Of a DNA stretch of 64,000 bases, positions 40,419-54,156 are shown one piece after another. A program made the position numbers and the translations under genes. Position 1 is the first letter of the stretch. Every line of letters begins with the position of its first letter. The stretch is from the human T2T-CHM13v2.0 reference genome, Homo sapiens: assembly GCF_009914755.1 (NCBI RefSeq), contig NC_060931.1; one strand, given 5' to 3'. Under the pieces are notes generated by a model. The model was not told the DNA's origin. It saw only the letters and a program-made list of their open reading frames with translations, and made no database searches.

Positions 40419-41880
40419 GATGAGAGTTGATATAGTATAATAGATAGTGATACCTACCTAGGAGAAAATTGAAACAGGGAAGAGGATGAGATGTAGGGCG
40501 GCAGTTTAAATTTTAGATGAGGTAGTCAGGGAAGGCCTTGCTGAGTAAGATAACAGTCTAATGATATGAGGGAGCACGCTGTATGAAGCATTTTTGGGCA
40601 GGGGCCTTCATAAGTAAGAGGACTCTGAGATAATAACTTGTCTGCTGTTCTTGGAAGACAGTGAGAAGCACATTAAGATTGGAGCAGAGAGGGAGTAGTT
40701 GGAGGGTTAAAGAAAAGGTTAGAGACATTAATGGGGCACAGAGGTTCATTCATGTAGGGTCTTGTAGGTCACAGTAGGATAGTAAGAAATTTTCTCTCTT
40801 CTCTGAGTGTCTTGTGAAACTACTGCAATGATTTTCAGCAGAGAAATGGCATGCTCTGTCTACTGTGTGAAAAACAGATTGACATGAAGCAAAAACAGGA
40901 GCAAAAGGACCAGTAAGAAGGGCATTGCAAGTTTCAGGTGAGATACCATGGTTGCTTGGACCAAGCTGGCAGGAGTGCTGATGGAAGAATGGGTCTATTT
41001 TAAAATATATTTTGACTGTGAAGTGGAAAAAAAAGAAGAAAAATTATTTCAAAGGTTTGGGGCTGAGCAACTGGAGGGATGAGTTGGAAAAGATTTTAAG
41101 AACAACACATATTGCAGGGAGGGTGGAAGTCTCAGCAGTATTGGGAACTCAATTTTGGACATGTTAAGTGCGATATGCAAAAGCCTCATTGGAGTGTGTT
41201 CAAGAGAAAATTGGAGGAAAAAATATTGTTGCAGCAAGCACAGTTAATTCTTCTGAGAAATTTGCTGGAAAGGGAGCAGAAAAGTACAGAGATAGCTACG
41301 GGGGATGTGAGTAGAAAAGAGGGCACTTTTCTAAGACAGGAGAAATAAGAACATACTTGGTGCTTATGGAAAATTCCAATAGAAAGGGAAACACTGATGT
41401 TACTGGAGAGTCAGGAGGGAATTGCTCAAGAGATATCCTCAGGCAGATAAGAAGGGATGGACAACTGGGCAAAAATGAAGGGATTGACCATAAATAGGAG
41501 CCAGGAGAGTTCATTAATAGTAACAGGAGAAAGGTAGAGTATGGGAGCACTGATACTCGGTGGGTAGATACGAAGGTAATTACTTGAGGGAATTATCTTC
41601 CGATTGCTTTTTTTTTCTATCAGAAATAGAAATTATGGTCATGAGCTGAGAATAAAGAGGATGGAAATTGTTCAAGGACAGAGGTAAAAGTCTAAAATAG
41701 CCATCTAGGACTGTGAAAGCCCATGTGGTTCATGCACTGTAGTGTTTTCATGGGCAGCAGTGAGGCACCTCTTGGTTTAATGATCATAAATTTGAAGTGA
41801 GATCAGTTAGTGAGGCTCTGTTTATCACCATTCCTGTGCAACTGTGTGGATGTGGGCAGAAAGTAGGTGGGTATGGTAAC
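40005..41880 (-). mobile_element. L2a
   Basis: Starts ttcattcatt...caaatatt; long run of L2 motifs (ggtttggggctgagcaactgga, ttttggacatgttaag). Confidence 0.8.
40146..40340. mobile_element. MER63A-like hAT MITE in L2
   Basis: cagtagtgtactgaag...cagtgacatcatgttggcaacttgaaa. Confidence 0.7.
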
Positions 41881-42318
41881 ACTGGGGAAAAATTTCCTGT
41901 GTGAAAGTTCCAGAATTCAGCATTTCATCTTAAAGCAATAATCAATTTCAGAAAGGCTTTTCAAGAGGGGATATGGTGCATTTAGAGATGGATATGATAA
42001 GTAGAGTCTTCTTAAAATAGGGACCAGGGTGAATGTTCTGATCACGCAGAAAAATAATTATGCTGATTACAGGATCTTTTTACAGCAGTTATTTTACCTC
42101 TGATGCATTCTAAGCAGTTACTTTGTTCTTCTGCTTTTGGATTTTCACAGATATTTTTTCTTTTTATTTGGCTTTATCTCAATTCATTACTTTTTGCTTA
42201 TATTTCACAAAACCAGAGGGTGATTTAATATGGTGTAATGTATTTCAATGGTACTATGATTCAGTGATAGTATTTTGTTCTTATAGCTCTATGTTACATT
42301 CCATTAAGATGGACTTAC

Positions 42319-42400
42319 CTCAAAATAATGTTTGCACAAACAGAAGATTGTGACTTTAGGTCTTATTCACTGCCACTCAATAAAAAATTCCATATTTTGT
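42319..42400 (-). pseudogene. Pseudo-exon QNMEFFIEWQ*IRPKVTIFCLCKHYFE
   Basis: Consensus donor GAG|gtaagt; acceptor appears mutated (ctgtttctataa). Confidence 0.4.
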
Positions 42401-42634
42401 TTATAGAAACAGTACGTATTCAAATACAAAATAGGCATTCATTTAAATTACAAGTCATTTTGAATACAACAATTTTAGCTTTTCAGGGCCTTTTTATATT
42501 GTATTATTTAAAATTCAGAAATACCACTTCAAATTAGCACAAGTGACAGGGCATTTAGCTGGGCAATATTTTCAGTCAGATCTCCACATGCAATTATTTA
42601 AGACAAACCAACGATCCAATTATTCTTCCTTTAC

Positions 42635-42687
42635 CTCATATGGATGTGCCAAAAATAGTTTGCTCTCAGAAATCAATTTACAATCAT
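42635..42687 (-). pseudogene. Possible 53-nt pseudo-exon
   Basis: Acceptor aacaatag (weak); donor GAG|gtaaag. Confidence 0.3.
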
Positions 42688-42785
42688 CTATTGTTTTTTA
42701 AATTAGAACAATTCATCATTTAACAAATCATAGGTTTTCCTTTATGTAATGATTGCTTACTATCGTTACTCAGAAGTAGTCTTCA

Positions 42786-43068
42786 TTCTATGATCTGAAT
42801 GTTTGTATCCCTCCAATATTCATATGTTGAAAAATCCCTCTTAAATGGAATTAGTATCTTTACAAAAGAGGCCCAAGAGAGCTTATTCATCCCTTCCACA
42901 GTGTGGAAGACATTCTCTATGAAGCAGAAAAATCTCTCACCAGACACCAAATCTGCTGGTACCTTGTTGGCTTTCCCAGCCTGCAGAACTGTGAGCAATA
43001 ACTTTCTGTTACTGATAAATTACCTAGTGTAAAGTATTTTGTTACGGCAGCCTAAATGAACCAAAACA
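42786..43068 (+). mobile_element. MLT1A0-like LTR with internal deletion
   Basis: ctgaatgtttgtatccc...tcaccagacaccaaatctgctgg...aaccaaaaca. Confidence 0.85.
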
Positions 43069-43555
43069 CCCCTGGGACTTGAATCATCAAGAAAATCTTT
43101 AGAGGTTAAAAATGTTCTGCTTTGTTGTTTTCTATATATTTCTGCAATATTTAGAACCTAGTATGTTCAAATATCTGAAATGTGGGACATAAAAATTAGA
43201 CCGATGTCAAAATACATCAAAATTTTATGGGAGAGAGATGCACTCCCAGAAACAACCGAGGAGAATAAACCAAGAGACCAAGGGAGTGAAATGCAGACTG
43301 TAGATGAGGTTTAGAATTGGAATGTTGGTGTCCAGTGAGGGAGGATGTTTAAAATTCCGTCATGTAAGCAAAATTATCTCAGCACTTATTCCAAGCTCAA
43401 TGGAAATCCTCCCTGTATCTAGTCTCAATGTTATATATTTTTGTTCCATTATTAATTAGATTATTTTGGACCCTATGTAATTTAATTTCAACAAACCCTA
43501 AACAGGCAAAATAGCCCTAGGAGAAAAAAGCATAATAAAGTCTAAGGCAACTCAC

Positions 43556-43637
43556 CTAAGTCCAGGTGCCTTTCAGTTAACAAATTTAAATTGGAATATT
43601 CTCAATACATTCGTATCATTGGAAATTGGAATCTTTT
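43556..43637 (-). pseudogene. Pseudo-exon KRFQFPMIRMY*EYSNLNLLTERHLDL
   Basis: Acceptor atttcatccag; strong donor TAG|gtgagt. Confidence 0.4.
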
Positions 43638-43649
43638 CTGGATGAAATT

Positions 43650-44028
43650 TATGTAAACATTACTCTCCATACTGATCCCAGTGCTCTTGGCCTTCCGCTA
43701 TTTCAGTCCAACACCCGATGCAAAAGTGATTTTCTTTAAGTACAAATCTGATTTTGTCACTTTCAACTCAAAATTCTGCAACAAATTCCTTAGGAAACTT
43801 CCAAGTTTGTTAAAATAATATCAAAAGACCCTTAAATGAGGTGCCTTTTTAAACTTCCCAGCCTCATTTCTTGTATGCTTCTTGCATAATTCATGCGTAA
43901 TTCATGCCGTCTTCCATCTGTGGCCTTTTGCATTTGGCACCACCTCTCCATCATTCCACAATAGAATATTTTTTGCCCAATCTTACCCCACCATCATTAC
44001 TACTGCTACTACTACTACCACTACCACA

Positions 44029-44073
<45 letters not shown>

Positions 44074-44370
44074 CAGGATAACTTCTCATTTTATTAATGA
44101 CTTAACATCTCTCAGAAACCTTTCCTGACCTCCCAATTTGGGTTTGACTCCACATTCCAAATGTGTTCTCATTGTGTCTATTCATCTGCTTTTTCACTAT
44201 ACGATACTAGAAATGCCATTTTATGCATCTTTTTTCTTTACTAGATTTCAACTTAATGATTATCATGGTCACGTAGTCTTGCTTGTCCATTCTTGTTTTC
44301 CCAGTGTTTATCACAGTACCTGAAAAAAAGACAGGCATTTTACTGATTGAATTAAAGAATGAGTATTTTC
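43650..44370 (+). mobile_element. L2 fragment with (CA)n at 44025-44069
   Basis: aaatctgattttgtcact...cctttcctgacctccc...ccagtgtttatcacagtacctg. Confidence 0.65.
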
Positions 44371-44647
44371 TGTACCACATTTCAGACACTATAATGATAA
44401 GTTTAAAAATAAATCAGACTCCAGATATTCATTCAAGAATCCTATTGTCCATTAAGAGAGATTAAACTTGTACATGAATATTAGTAACATAAGATAGAAG
44501 GAAGGGTCACAAGGGGAGACCTCTACTATACCGTTAGCAGTGGTCAAGGTCATGCCCATGTGCTTGGAAATGATTTTCCCTCAAGGAGCATACAGGGCTT
44601 TTTCAGCAGAAGTGCAGAGTAAACTGATATGCTTAGGGTAGAATCAC

Positions 44648-44848
44648 CTCTTTTCAGACTTCGTTTGTGGATGTCTAGAGAATGCCTGATGGCAGGAGCA
44701 AGATTCCTCTTCTGCAGCCATGATTTCTCCATCTGCAAAAGTCATATGTGAGTCTCAGAATTCTATATGGCCCTGGAAACACCCGAATCCCTTTACCTCA
44801 ATACTCACAGCCTTTCCAAAACTATCTTCCTTAGACCATTGTAATCAT
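44648..44848 (-). pseudogene. Two possible pseudo-exons (44809-44848, 44648-44732) separated by a 76-nt intron
   Basis: atcctattacag...gct|gtgagt; gacttttgcag...gag|gtgatt; frame unresolved. Confidence 0.35.
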
Positions 44849-45333
44849 CTGTAATAGGATAATTTACCACTATCTCTAATGAGACAACTGCCTTCCTTAG
44901 ACCATCTGTATTATTTCAAATACCCTCTGTTCCTCCATATTTTACACACCACAAACAGCCAGAACTACTATTATCCTTCATTCCCAGGCTTTGATTCCCA
45001 CTTAGCTCTATACTTTTTTTTTCTGACTTTATATTCTATACTCTCCATTCTCTGAAAACTTTCCATTGAGCCTTCTATAACTTTTGCAAGTCAACAGCCA
45101 AATCCCCTATTTTGAGCACTTTTATCTGATTGATCCCTTCACCTTCTTGATATAAGGAAAACTTGACACTTCTCAATGTTTTCTTTCCCTGAGTTCAATT
45201 GAAAGGATTTGATGAGCACCACATCCCCCTTTATACCATGACAGTTTCCTTCCTGCCAGAAAGCTAAACTTTGAGCTAAGATTACATACTTTACTTTTAT
45301 GGCTAACAGTGCACATTTTAAAGTAACAATTTC

Positions 45334-45747
45334 TGCATTACTTAGGATAGGTTAGAATGTGCTGCGGCAACAAACAATTCCCAAACACTAGTGGCTTTAT
45401 ATAACAGTGGTTTATTTCTCTCCTGTTCTTCGTATCTATTGAGAGTCAGCTGGAGGCTCTGCTCTGCTATCCTTACTCAGGAATGAAGGATGATGGAGAA
45501 TCAACTATCTGAATGTTACTAATTGCTAAGGAAGTGGGAAGTGAACATAGTGGATCGCATGCTGGCACCTAAAATCTTCATCCTTGGTAGTGACACAAAA
45601 CAATTCCACACATAAATCATTGGCTACAGCAACTTACAAGGCTATATTTAACTTCACAAGGGTGGGTACATGAAATTCTGTCATGTCCCAGAAAGAGAGG
45701 AACAAAGAATAACCTCGAGAAGTCTGAGAAGCACCGATAGCCACCAT
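45334..45747 (-). mobile_element. MLT1K/L-like LTR
   Basis: taggataggtta...gctgcggcaacaaacaa...gtggcttta...ccaccata. Confidence 0.7.
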
Positions 45748-46378
45748 AATACATATATTACAGTACACGGGTAACTAAATGGAAGTTAACTGTACTCTAT
45801 GTTTCATTTCAATTTCTACCTGAGATTCCTTTTGAAAAATATTATGATGATGAATTCTATCCCCAAAATTCTTTATAAAACCAAAACATAAATAAAAAGG
45901 AAGAACAGCCATTTGACCCTACTGGTCTATAAAGCATTCAAGTTTGCCACCTAAGAGCATGGTTTTATGTTTAAGAATGATATTTGACCATTAACAAAGG
46001 TTAATTATCTGTTTCTTTGAAAGGAAATAACTTGAATTTGTATGTCATTTCTAGAAAATGGATTTTCCAGTTTATATTTTTTAAAAATTTTCATTTGGTC
46101 CTCTTTCCTCTCTCCTGAAGAAATTTTATTACTTTTATGCTTATATCCAGTATGTCATATGTACCTAAAAGGCAGCTTCCTGTGTTTCCATTTTCATATT
46201 TAGATAAAAATCTCAAGCTATTTATATGTTAAATTTATTTATACATGATACATGTTTGGAATATATATTAAGCAATTTGTTATAGTTCTCCTTTCTTATT
46301 TATGCATTTTGTTTTTTGGAATTAGTCAACTTAAGTAATTTTCTTCTAGTTATATATGAATGTTGCAAAAAAAGTCAC

Positions 46379-46452
46379 CATGTTCTTGAACAAAAACCTT
46401 TCAAAGATGGCATGATAAAGATATAAACGGGCATTAGAGTTTGCATTTTCAT
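46379..46452 (-). pseudogene. Pseudo-exon ENANSNARLYLYHAIFERFLFKNM
   Basis: Acceptor catttacttatatttag; donor ATG|gtgact; open; RGS helix 5-like R......I...FL. Confidence 0.5.
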
Positions 46453-46557
46453 CTAAATATAAGTAAATGCAATAAATTTTGACATGAATGTAAATTATTT
46501 CCTTTAACTTTGATTTAATGCATTTTCTTTCCAAAAATAAACTGGAGAAAATAGGTA

Positions 46558-47570
46558 CTCTAAGTTTGTTGTTAAAGATTCCTTACATAATCATTATTCA
46601 TATAATGTCTCTGGAAGAACAAAAATTTACTAAGAGCACACCAAGGCTTTTCATCAAATATGAGAATATTATTCAACATAATGAATATTATTCATCCCAC
46701 ACATCATACTTATTGACACATCAAGCACATATTGACTCTCAACTATTTAGGGCCTTGTGGCCTGTATTGGTCTATTTGGACGGCCATAACAAAATAGGTT
46801 TCAGTTTCTGGTGAGGGCTCTTCCCTGGCTTGCAGACAGCTACCTTGTATCCTCATAAGGCCTTTCCCCTGTGCCTGTTCATGGAGGGAGGGAGAGAGAG
46901 AGGAAGGGGGAAAAGAGTAGAAAGGAGGAGGGGGAGGGGGAGAAGAGCAGAGGAGAAGGGGAAGAAGGAGAGGGAAGAGGGAGTTCTTTCACCTCTTATA
47001 AACGCAATAATCCAATCATAAGGGCCCCACCCTCATGACCTAATCTAACCAGAATTTCCTCCCAAAAGCCGTCTCCAAATACCATCCATTGGGAATTAGG
47101 GCATATTAATTTTGGGGGGGTTTCAAAGACTCAGTCCATAATATAGCCACAAAATTTAAAAAAGAGGGAAATGGGCTTGTTCAATTATATCTTTGTTTAT
47201 CCACTCTATGAAAACATTCATTCATTCTACAAATATATCCCTCTGATACATTCTATAATTGGTGAGGGAGTCAACAGAATAAGAAATGCAAATGAGTAAA
47301 TGTTATGGTTTATTAGAAGGTGATGCATACTATAGAGATAAATAAGTCTAAGAGAGGGAGTTAGGCAAGGCAATAGGAGGGTCATCTTGAATGGAGGGTC
47401 TGCAATCCATAGGTCATTGACTCATCTCTAAGTTTGTTGTTAAAGATTCCTTACATAATCATTATTCATGTAATGTCTCTCACAGAACAAAAATTTACTA
47501 AGAGCTCACCAAGGCTTTTCATCAAATATGAGAATATTATTCAACATAATATTATTCATCCCACACATCA
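46558..47570. repeat. Dispersed direct duplication: 46558-46706 and 47426-47570
   Basis: About 145 bp, with 5 substitutions and one 4-bp indel by eye. Confidence 0.95.
46763..47142 (-). mobile_element. MLT1A LTR
   Basis: tctggtgagggctcttccctggcttgcagacag...ccctcatgacctaatctaacc; TSD tggcc/tagcc. Confidence 0.85.
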
Positions 47571-47597
47571 CACATATTGTATTATTTCACTCCTAAC
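47455..47597 (-). pseudogene. Pseudo-exon VRSEIIQYV*CVG*IILC*IIFSYLMKSLGELLVNFC...
   Basis: Acceptor aatgcag; donor at|gtaagg; RGS helix 3/4-like F..L..SLGE.L+.F; in phase with the exon at 47810-47865. Confidence 0.55.
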
Positions 47598-47809
47598 CTG
47601 CATTATATCTATATTTAAAATAAATATTGTATTCTTCCACTCTCAACCTGCATTGTATCTATATTTAAGCCATTATGAGATTTTTCTTTTTGAAATGCCT
47701 TGGTTCACAGTAAAGTCTTGCTTTAGAGGAAAACTATAACATAAAGGAAAAGGAAAACACTAGCATTAATTTTTCAGTAGTCAAAAAAAATTATTTATAA
47801 CAAACTTAC

Positions 47810-47865
47810 ATAGTAAACTGCTGGTATTGTTTTAGCTGCTAAATGACTATGCTCAGGCTTGTAAT
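47810..47865 (-). pseudogene. Pseudo-exon YKPEHSHLAAKTIPAVYY
   Basis: Branch ctgac; acceptor tttcccattttgctatgtag; donor tat|gtaagt; open. Confidence 0.55.
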
Positions 47866-48255
47866 CTACATAGCAAAATGGGAAATAATAACGTCAGGTT
47901 CTGTAGGGGAAGAACATAAAAAACTTTTACTTAAATCATGAAATGCCTAATATGGTGACAGAGGGTAGGACTCTGATAAATTATAAATGGGTAACATCTT
48001 ATTGAAAACAGAATTTAAGCAGTTTTTATATCCTAACTACCAGACCCATATTCTCCTTTTACATCTGTGAGCCGCTCCTTTTTTTACTTCCCTTCTTGAT
48101 AATTATATTGTGAATAGAGTTTAAGCAAATAGAGTTGAGGTACCACCATACTCCACAGGTCACAGATGAATTTCAAATTTGGTCTTTGGGAAAATACAAC
48201 CAGAAGAGACCTGTTCCAAAATTATTTTAAATAAGAACTTTATCATATAATATAC

Positions 48256-48292
<37 letters not shown>

Positions 48293-48308
48293 ATATACTA
48301 ATCTGTCA

Positions 48309-48434
48309 CTGCACATATTCTCTGTCACATCCTTTCACTCTCTTTCCCTTTTTCCATTCAAAAAATTTGAGCTTGGATCTGCTGACTTCATCAACAACCT
48401 TTTTTACAATTTCATTTTTTTTACGGTAAAGATT
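48309..48434 (-). pseudogene. Possible pseudo-exon NLYRKKNEIVKKVVDEVSRSKLKFFEWKKGKRVKGCDREYVQ
   Basis: Acceptor gcttacag; 42 open codons; donor unclear. Confidence 0.35.
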
Positions 48435-48935
48435 CTGTAAGCTTCAGAAATGACAGCTATTAAATTACAGCTGCTTAATTCAATCCACCCTTTGCTCTTT
48501 CCTTAAAATGTATCTTCATTGATGAGTCACACTCTCCTATTCCTTTCAACCCATTAATCATTACATCATTTATATTATGTAGTTGTGTGTGCTTCCTTCA
48601 TTTAGTTGCTGGAAGAAGCATCATATAAAGTTAGTGAATTTCTGTTGGAAATAGTAACTTGGATTATATCTATTTTTAATATAATTTTGGGATATTTTAT
48701 CTTATTATGCTATTACACCCAATGAGAATGCATAAACTATTTTAACCCGTCACCCAAAATAACTATAATCTTGAAAACTTTTATTTACACAGCATCTCTT
48801 GGCTAACCATTCACACAAACTTCAGAATTAGACTTTAAACACAATATACAGAAAAGATAACACTGCAATAGTAATGAGAAAAATATATATTTTGTTGGGC
48901 TGAATTAATTTTTTTGTGAGATTGTTTTAAATAAC

Positions 48936-49016
48936 CTGTCAAGTTTTTCACTAAAGATAAAATGGATTTTTTAAAGTTAGTGCTCAAGGAAGCTGGATAA
49001 TAGACATTGGCATATG
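48936..49016 (-). pseudogene. Possible pseudo-exon YANVYYPASLSTNFKKSILSLVKNLT
   Basis: Acceptor ttttttttccaacaacag; donor CAG|gttatt; 81 nt, phase 1-1, open. Confidence 0.4.
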
Positions 49017-49080
49017 CTGTTGTTGGAAAAAAAATCTGGTGTGTTTCCAGCTTCAGTTCAGATTAGATGGAAAAAGTAAA

Positions 49081-49190
49081 CAATATCAATACATCGTTTT
49101 CATTTCTTCCAAATAGATTATGTTCTTGATTGTGGCAATATCAAGAAATTGTTTTTATTTCTTCCAAATAGATGATATTCTTGATTGTAG
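49081..49190. repeat. 55-bp tandem duplication
   Basis: caatatcaa...atttcttccaaatagat...ttcttgattgt twice, about 85% identical. Confidence 0.9.
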
Positions 49191-49633
49191 GTCCACTAAC
49201 TAATGTGTCTTCTTTGTGCCTGTATCTTGTCCCTATATTTTGTTAAAATATCCTCTAATTCAATTTGCTTTGTAAATTAATTCTTGGTTAACAGAAAATC
49301 AATTAAAGTAGAAGTATGTTGTCTTTGCTTTAAAGTGACATTCTTTTCATTTATTATAAATACAAAGATAAGGGCATTCAATAAACTTGGCAATAAAAAT
49401 TTTGATGGTATGGGAAACTTCAAGGTAAGATGTGATTAGATAGGTTACTTTGTCTTCCTTGTTGATAAATATTTGGACATTGAGCCTGGCCTTCTGGATG
49501 AGGGGATTAAAACTAGATAGGGCTGAAGAAGAAAAAAACCTTAGCTTTAGTTATTTAATGTTTGCCTTGTGGTAAACTGGTTTGAAACATAGGATTGGGA
49601 ATCAAAGTTTTCATTGATTAAAGTTATGGTTCT

Positions 49634-49992
49634 GGCCGGGCGTGGTGGCTCACGTCTGTAATCCCAGCACTTTGGGAGGCCAAGGCAGGCGGATCACAAG
49701 GTCAGGAGATCGAGACCATCCTGGCTAACATGGTGAAACCCGTCTCTACTAAAAATACAAAAAATAAAATAAAATAAAATAATAAAAAATAAATAAAAAA
49801 ATTAGCCGGGCGTGGTGGCGGGTGCCTGTAGTCCCAGCTACTCAGAAGGCTGAGGCAAGAGAATGGCGTGAACTCGGGAGGCAGAGATTGCGGTGAGCCG
49901 AGATCACACCACTGCACTCCAGCCTGGGCGGCAGAGCAAGACTCTGTCTCAAAAATAAATAAATAAGTAAATAAATAAATTAATTAATTAAA
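49634..49992 (+). mobile_element. AluY with expanded A-rich linker
   Basis: Full dimer; (AAAAT)n-like middle region; degenerate TSD ttatggttc. Confidence 0.92.
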
Positions 49993-50499
49993 TTAAATTA
50001 TGGTTCAACCAGTAAAATGTAAGGTGGCTTGGGCAATGTATCTAACCTGCTGGTACTTCAATATCCTTATCTGTGAAGTGGTAATTCTAATGCATAACTT
50101 ACACAGCTTAAATGGAGTATAGCATACTGTGGATATTTTAGGGAAAGATAGAACTGTAGCATGTAGGTAAGTTAAGTACAAGGCAGAGACTGGAGATGTA
50201 TGTGAGATGGAAATAATAAAGTATCTTGTTTACCAAGGTGGAAATATGGGTTTTATCTGATTTTTTTTACCACCCATTGATATATATTATTAATAGGAGT
50301 ATTATGATCATTTGACATTTTAGGAAATGTCCTTTAACAATTGATGGCAGTGATCTAGAGGACCAATGATCTGGAATTGAATCTCATGGCAATGAAAATA
50401 GAGAAAAAGATGGAATTATAAAATATACAATACAAGAAGTGATTTGGGGTAGAACTTGCGCATGCAGCTTTTGTAATTAAATATTCTAGATTGTTTTCC

Positions 50500-50700
50500 A
50501 GTTTGGCCATCTAATACCTGTTGGTCATTGGGTGTCTCTCTTTTCAATCCCATTTTCCTTGTGTGTATAATGTAGATATTAATAACATTTTCTTCATAGG
50601 AATAGGGTAACCATGAAATGAGATTATGCATTTGTAATGCTTTACACAATGTCTGGCACTTATAATTGTGCACTAAAGTGTGAATTAATTATTGCTATTG
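50500..50700 (+). mobile_element. MIR
   Basis: ccattttccttgtgtgtataatg...aaatgagattatgcatttgtaatgctttacacaatgtctggcac. Confidence 0.7.
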
Positions 50701-51425
50701 TTAGACAGAATTGCTAGCACTATATCTTCTGTAGGAGGTAAGAGAGGGAGGAGGTTAGGAAAACATATTTATGACATCAACAGTTATGTTGAGGATGACG
50801 TAAAACATAGCAACCATTTATCTTTGTTTACTCATAATTTCCATATTTCTCTAACACTTGTGTGTGACACTATGAACAACAAACATTTATTCCATATATT
50901 TTATTAGCATAATAGGCACTAGAAACCATGCTATGACTATGTACAGTGTACATTGGATACAAAACCAAGTAGACACTGCCTCTGTTCTGAAGGAGCAGAT
51001 GCACGAAAAGCAAATAGGTGTTATTCTTGTCATACCCGCAATATGAGAGGAGTAGACGCTTGGTTTTTTTTCCTATGAAAGTAGCCACAGTTAAATTTAA
51101 GTAGTGAAAGTTCTGTTGTTTAATGAGTATATCCATTTTTCACTGGCTAGGATAAGGGATTAATATGACAGTATAAATTATCCCTATGATTGAAAATAGA
51201 AATGCCAATTCCTTCCACAAGAATTGACCATTAGGTTAAATCTTAATAACAAGCCATAAGCTCATACAATACTGATTTTTAAAAAAATCTAGAGCAATGA
51301 ACTCAGTACAGATGCAATAACCCTATCCATCTAAGTCCTTAAGAGAATTTCAGAAGGAAGAGAAATTCACATTCCTTCTGCAACCACACTACCTAGGAAA
51401 ATTGTTTCACAATAAATGATCTCAC

Positions 51426-51549
51426 AAGAATTTCATAATGATGAACATATGATGGGTCTTTTAAAATTCTATAGGCTATTCAGTGTTTAACATTAGAGCG
51501 AGAGAAAAATCCCAGGAGCAAACAAAAATGTAGAGAATGCCTATCCTTT
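51426..51549 (-). pseudogene. Possible pseudo-exon ...KH*IAYRILKDPSYVHHYEIL
   Basis: Acceptor ttttcttctttctgtgatcag; donor ctt|gtgaga; one stop in 41 codons. Confidence 0.35.
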
Positions 51550-51809
51550 CTGATCACAGAAAGAAGAAAATGGGAAATGTCCACCCTCTGAAAACACATG
51601 AAGAATAACTTTTTTGTGTATATTTCTAATTATTTCCATGGGACAAATGCTGCGAGTTGGATTTTAAAGGTACATTTATGACTTACAATCTTTAGAAATA
51701 TTTTGCTAAATTATATCCCCCAGCAGTTTCTCTTCCCACACTCAAAAATTCTGGGTCATCTTTCTTTTAATGTTTGCATATGAGGAAATAATGATGTTTC
51801 ACCGGCATT

Positions 51810-52608
51810 TGATGAGGTGCACAGAGCTGAGGTCCAAAACACAGCACTAATGGTGAGCTCTTGTGTCCAGGCCTGTGATGGCCCTAGTACCTAAGGTGCT
51901 GGCACCTGCTGCAGTGTTAGTCATATGATGGAAGGCACAGATCCTTAGGAAGGCCTGGTTCTCTACAGGGCTGAGGTGGTACCCAGGGCATGGGCCGCAC
52001 AGTGAGTACTTGGCTCTGGGGCCCCACGTGCAATGGTTCTGATGTCTAAGACGGCAGCAGGCCCAGTGCTACCACACAGCCTGGGTCTGTACTGTGGTTA
52101 CTTAGAGCAGCTGGGACTCCTGACACGTAAGAGGTTGGGAGAGGTGGTAGCTCCTTTCTCAAAGCAGCTCAACAGCAGCTGGTCATGGAGCATGAGGGGT
52201 GTGCAGCCAAGTTTCCCTCTCAGGTTCCCTGGTGGGAATGGCTGTTGGTTACCTCAGTGGCAAGAGATGCCAGTGTCCTCTACTGAGCAGACTGCTGGGA
52301 ACATGGTGGCTGCTGCCATGTGGCTGATACTGATAGCCTCACCTTTCTCCATTGCTCCTGGTGTCTCAGGTATGTCAATCTTATCAGCAATCCTTTCCAT
52401 GTGGAAATTCTCTTTTAAAAAAAATTTTTTTTCACTGTGTTGTTGTAGATTCTTTAATCAGCCCTTGAGCCCACTCCACGCTATTTTGGTTTGTGAATAG
52501 CTGTCTATGTGTATGTGTATACATACATATGCATGTGTCTATGTATATGGATATGTGGGGGGGGAGGATAAAGGGATAAAGACTGGTATCTCCTACTCTG
52601 CTATCTTG
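51810..52608 (-). mobile_element. L1M 5' UTR remnant
   Basis: Ends in ggtatctcctactctgctatcttg, the reverse complement of an L1M 5' terminus; GC-richer block; explains ORF 52033-52500. Confidence 0.65.
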
Positions 52609-52626
52609 CATTCATATTTCTAAATA

Positions 52627-54111
<1,485 letters not shown>

Positions 54112-54118
54112 TATTAGG

Positions 54119-54125
<7 letters not shown>

Positions 54126-54156
<31 letters not shown>

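Noticed and set aside
48040-48105. QEGK*KKERL resemblance to the RGS22 N-terminus
   Set aside because: Short, A-rich and lacking an acceptor; likely chance.
52033-52500. 155-aa plus-strand ORF
   Set aside because: Lies in a GC-richer L1M 5' UTR remnant.
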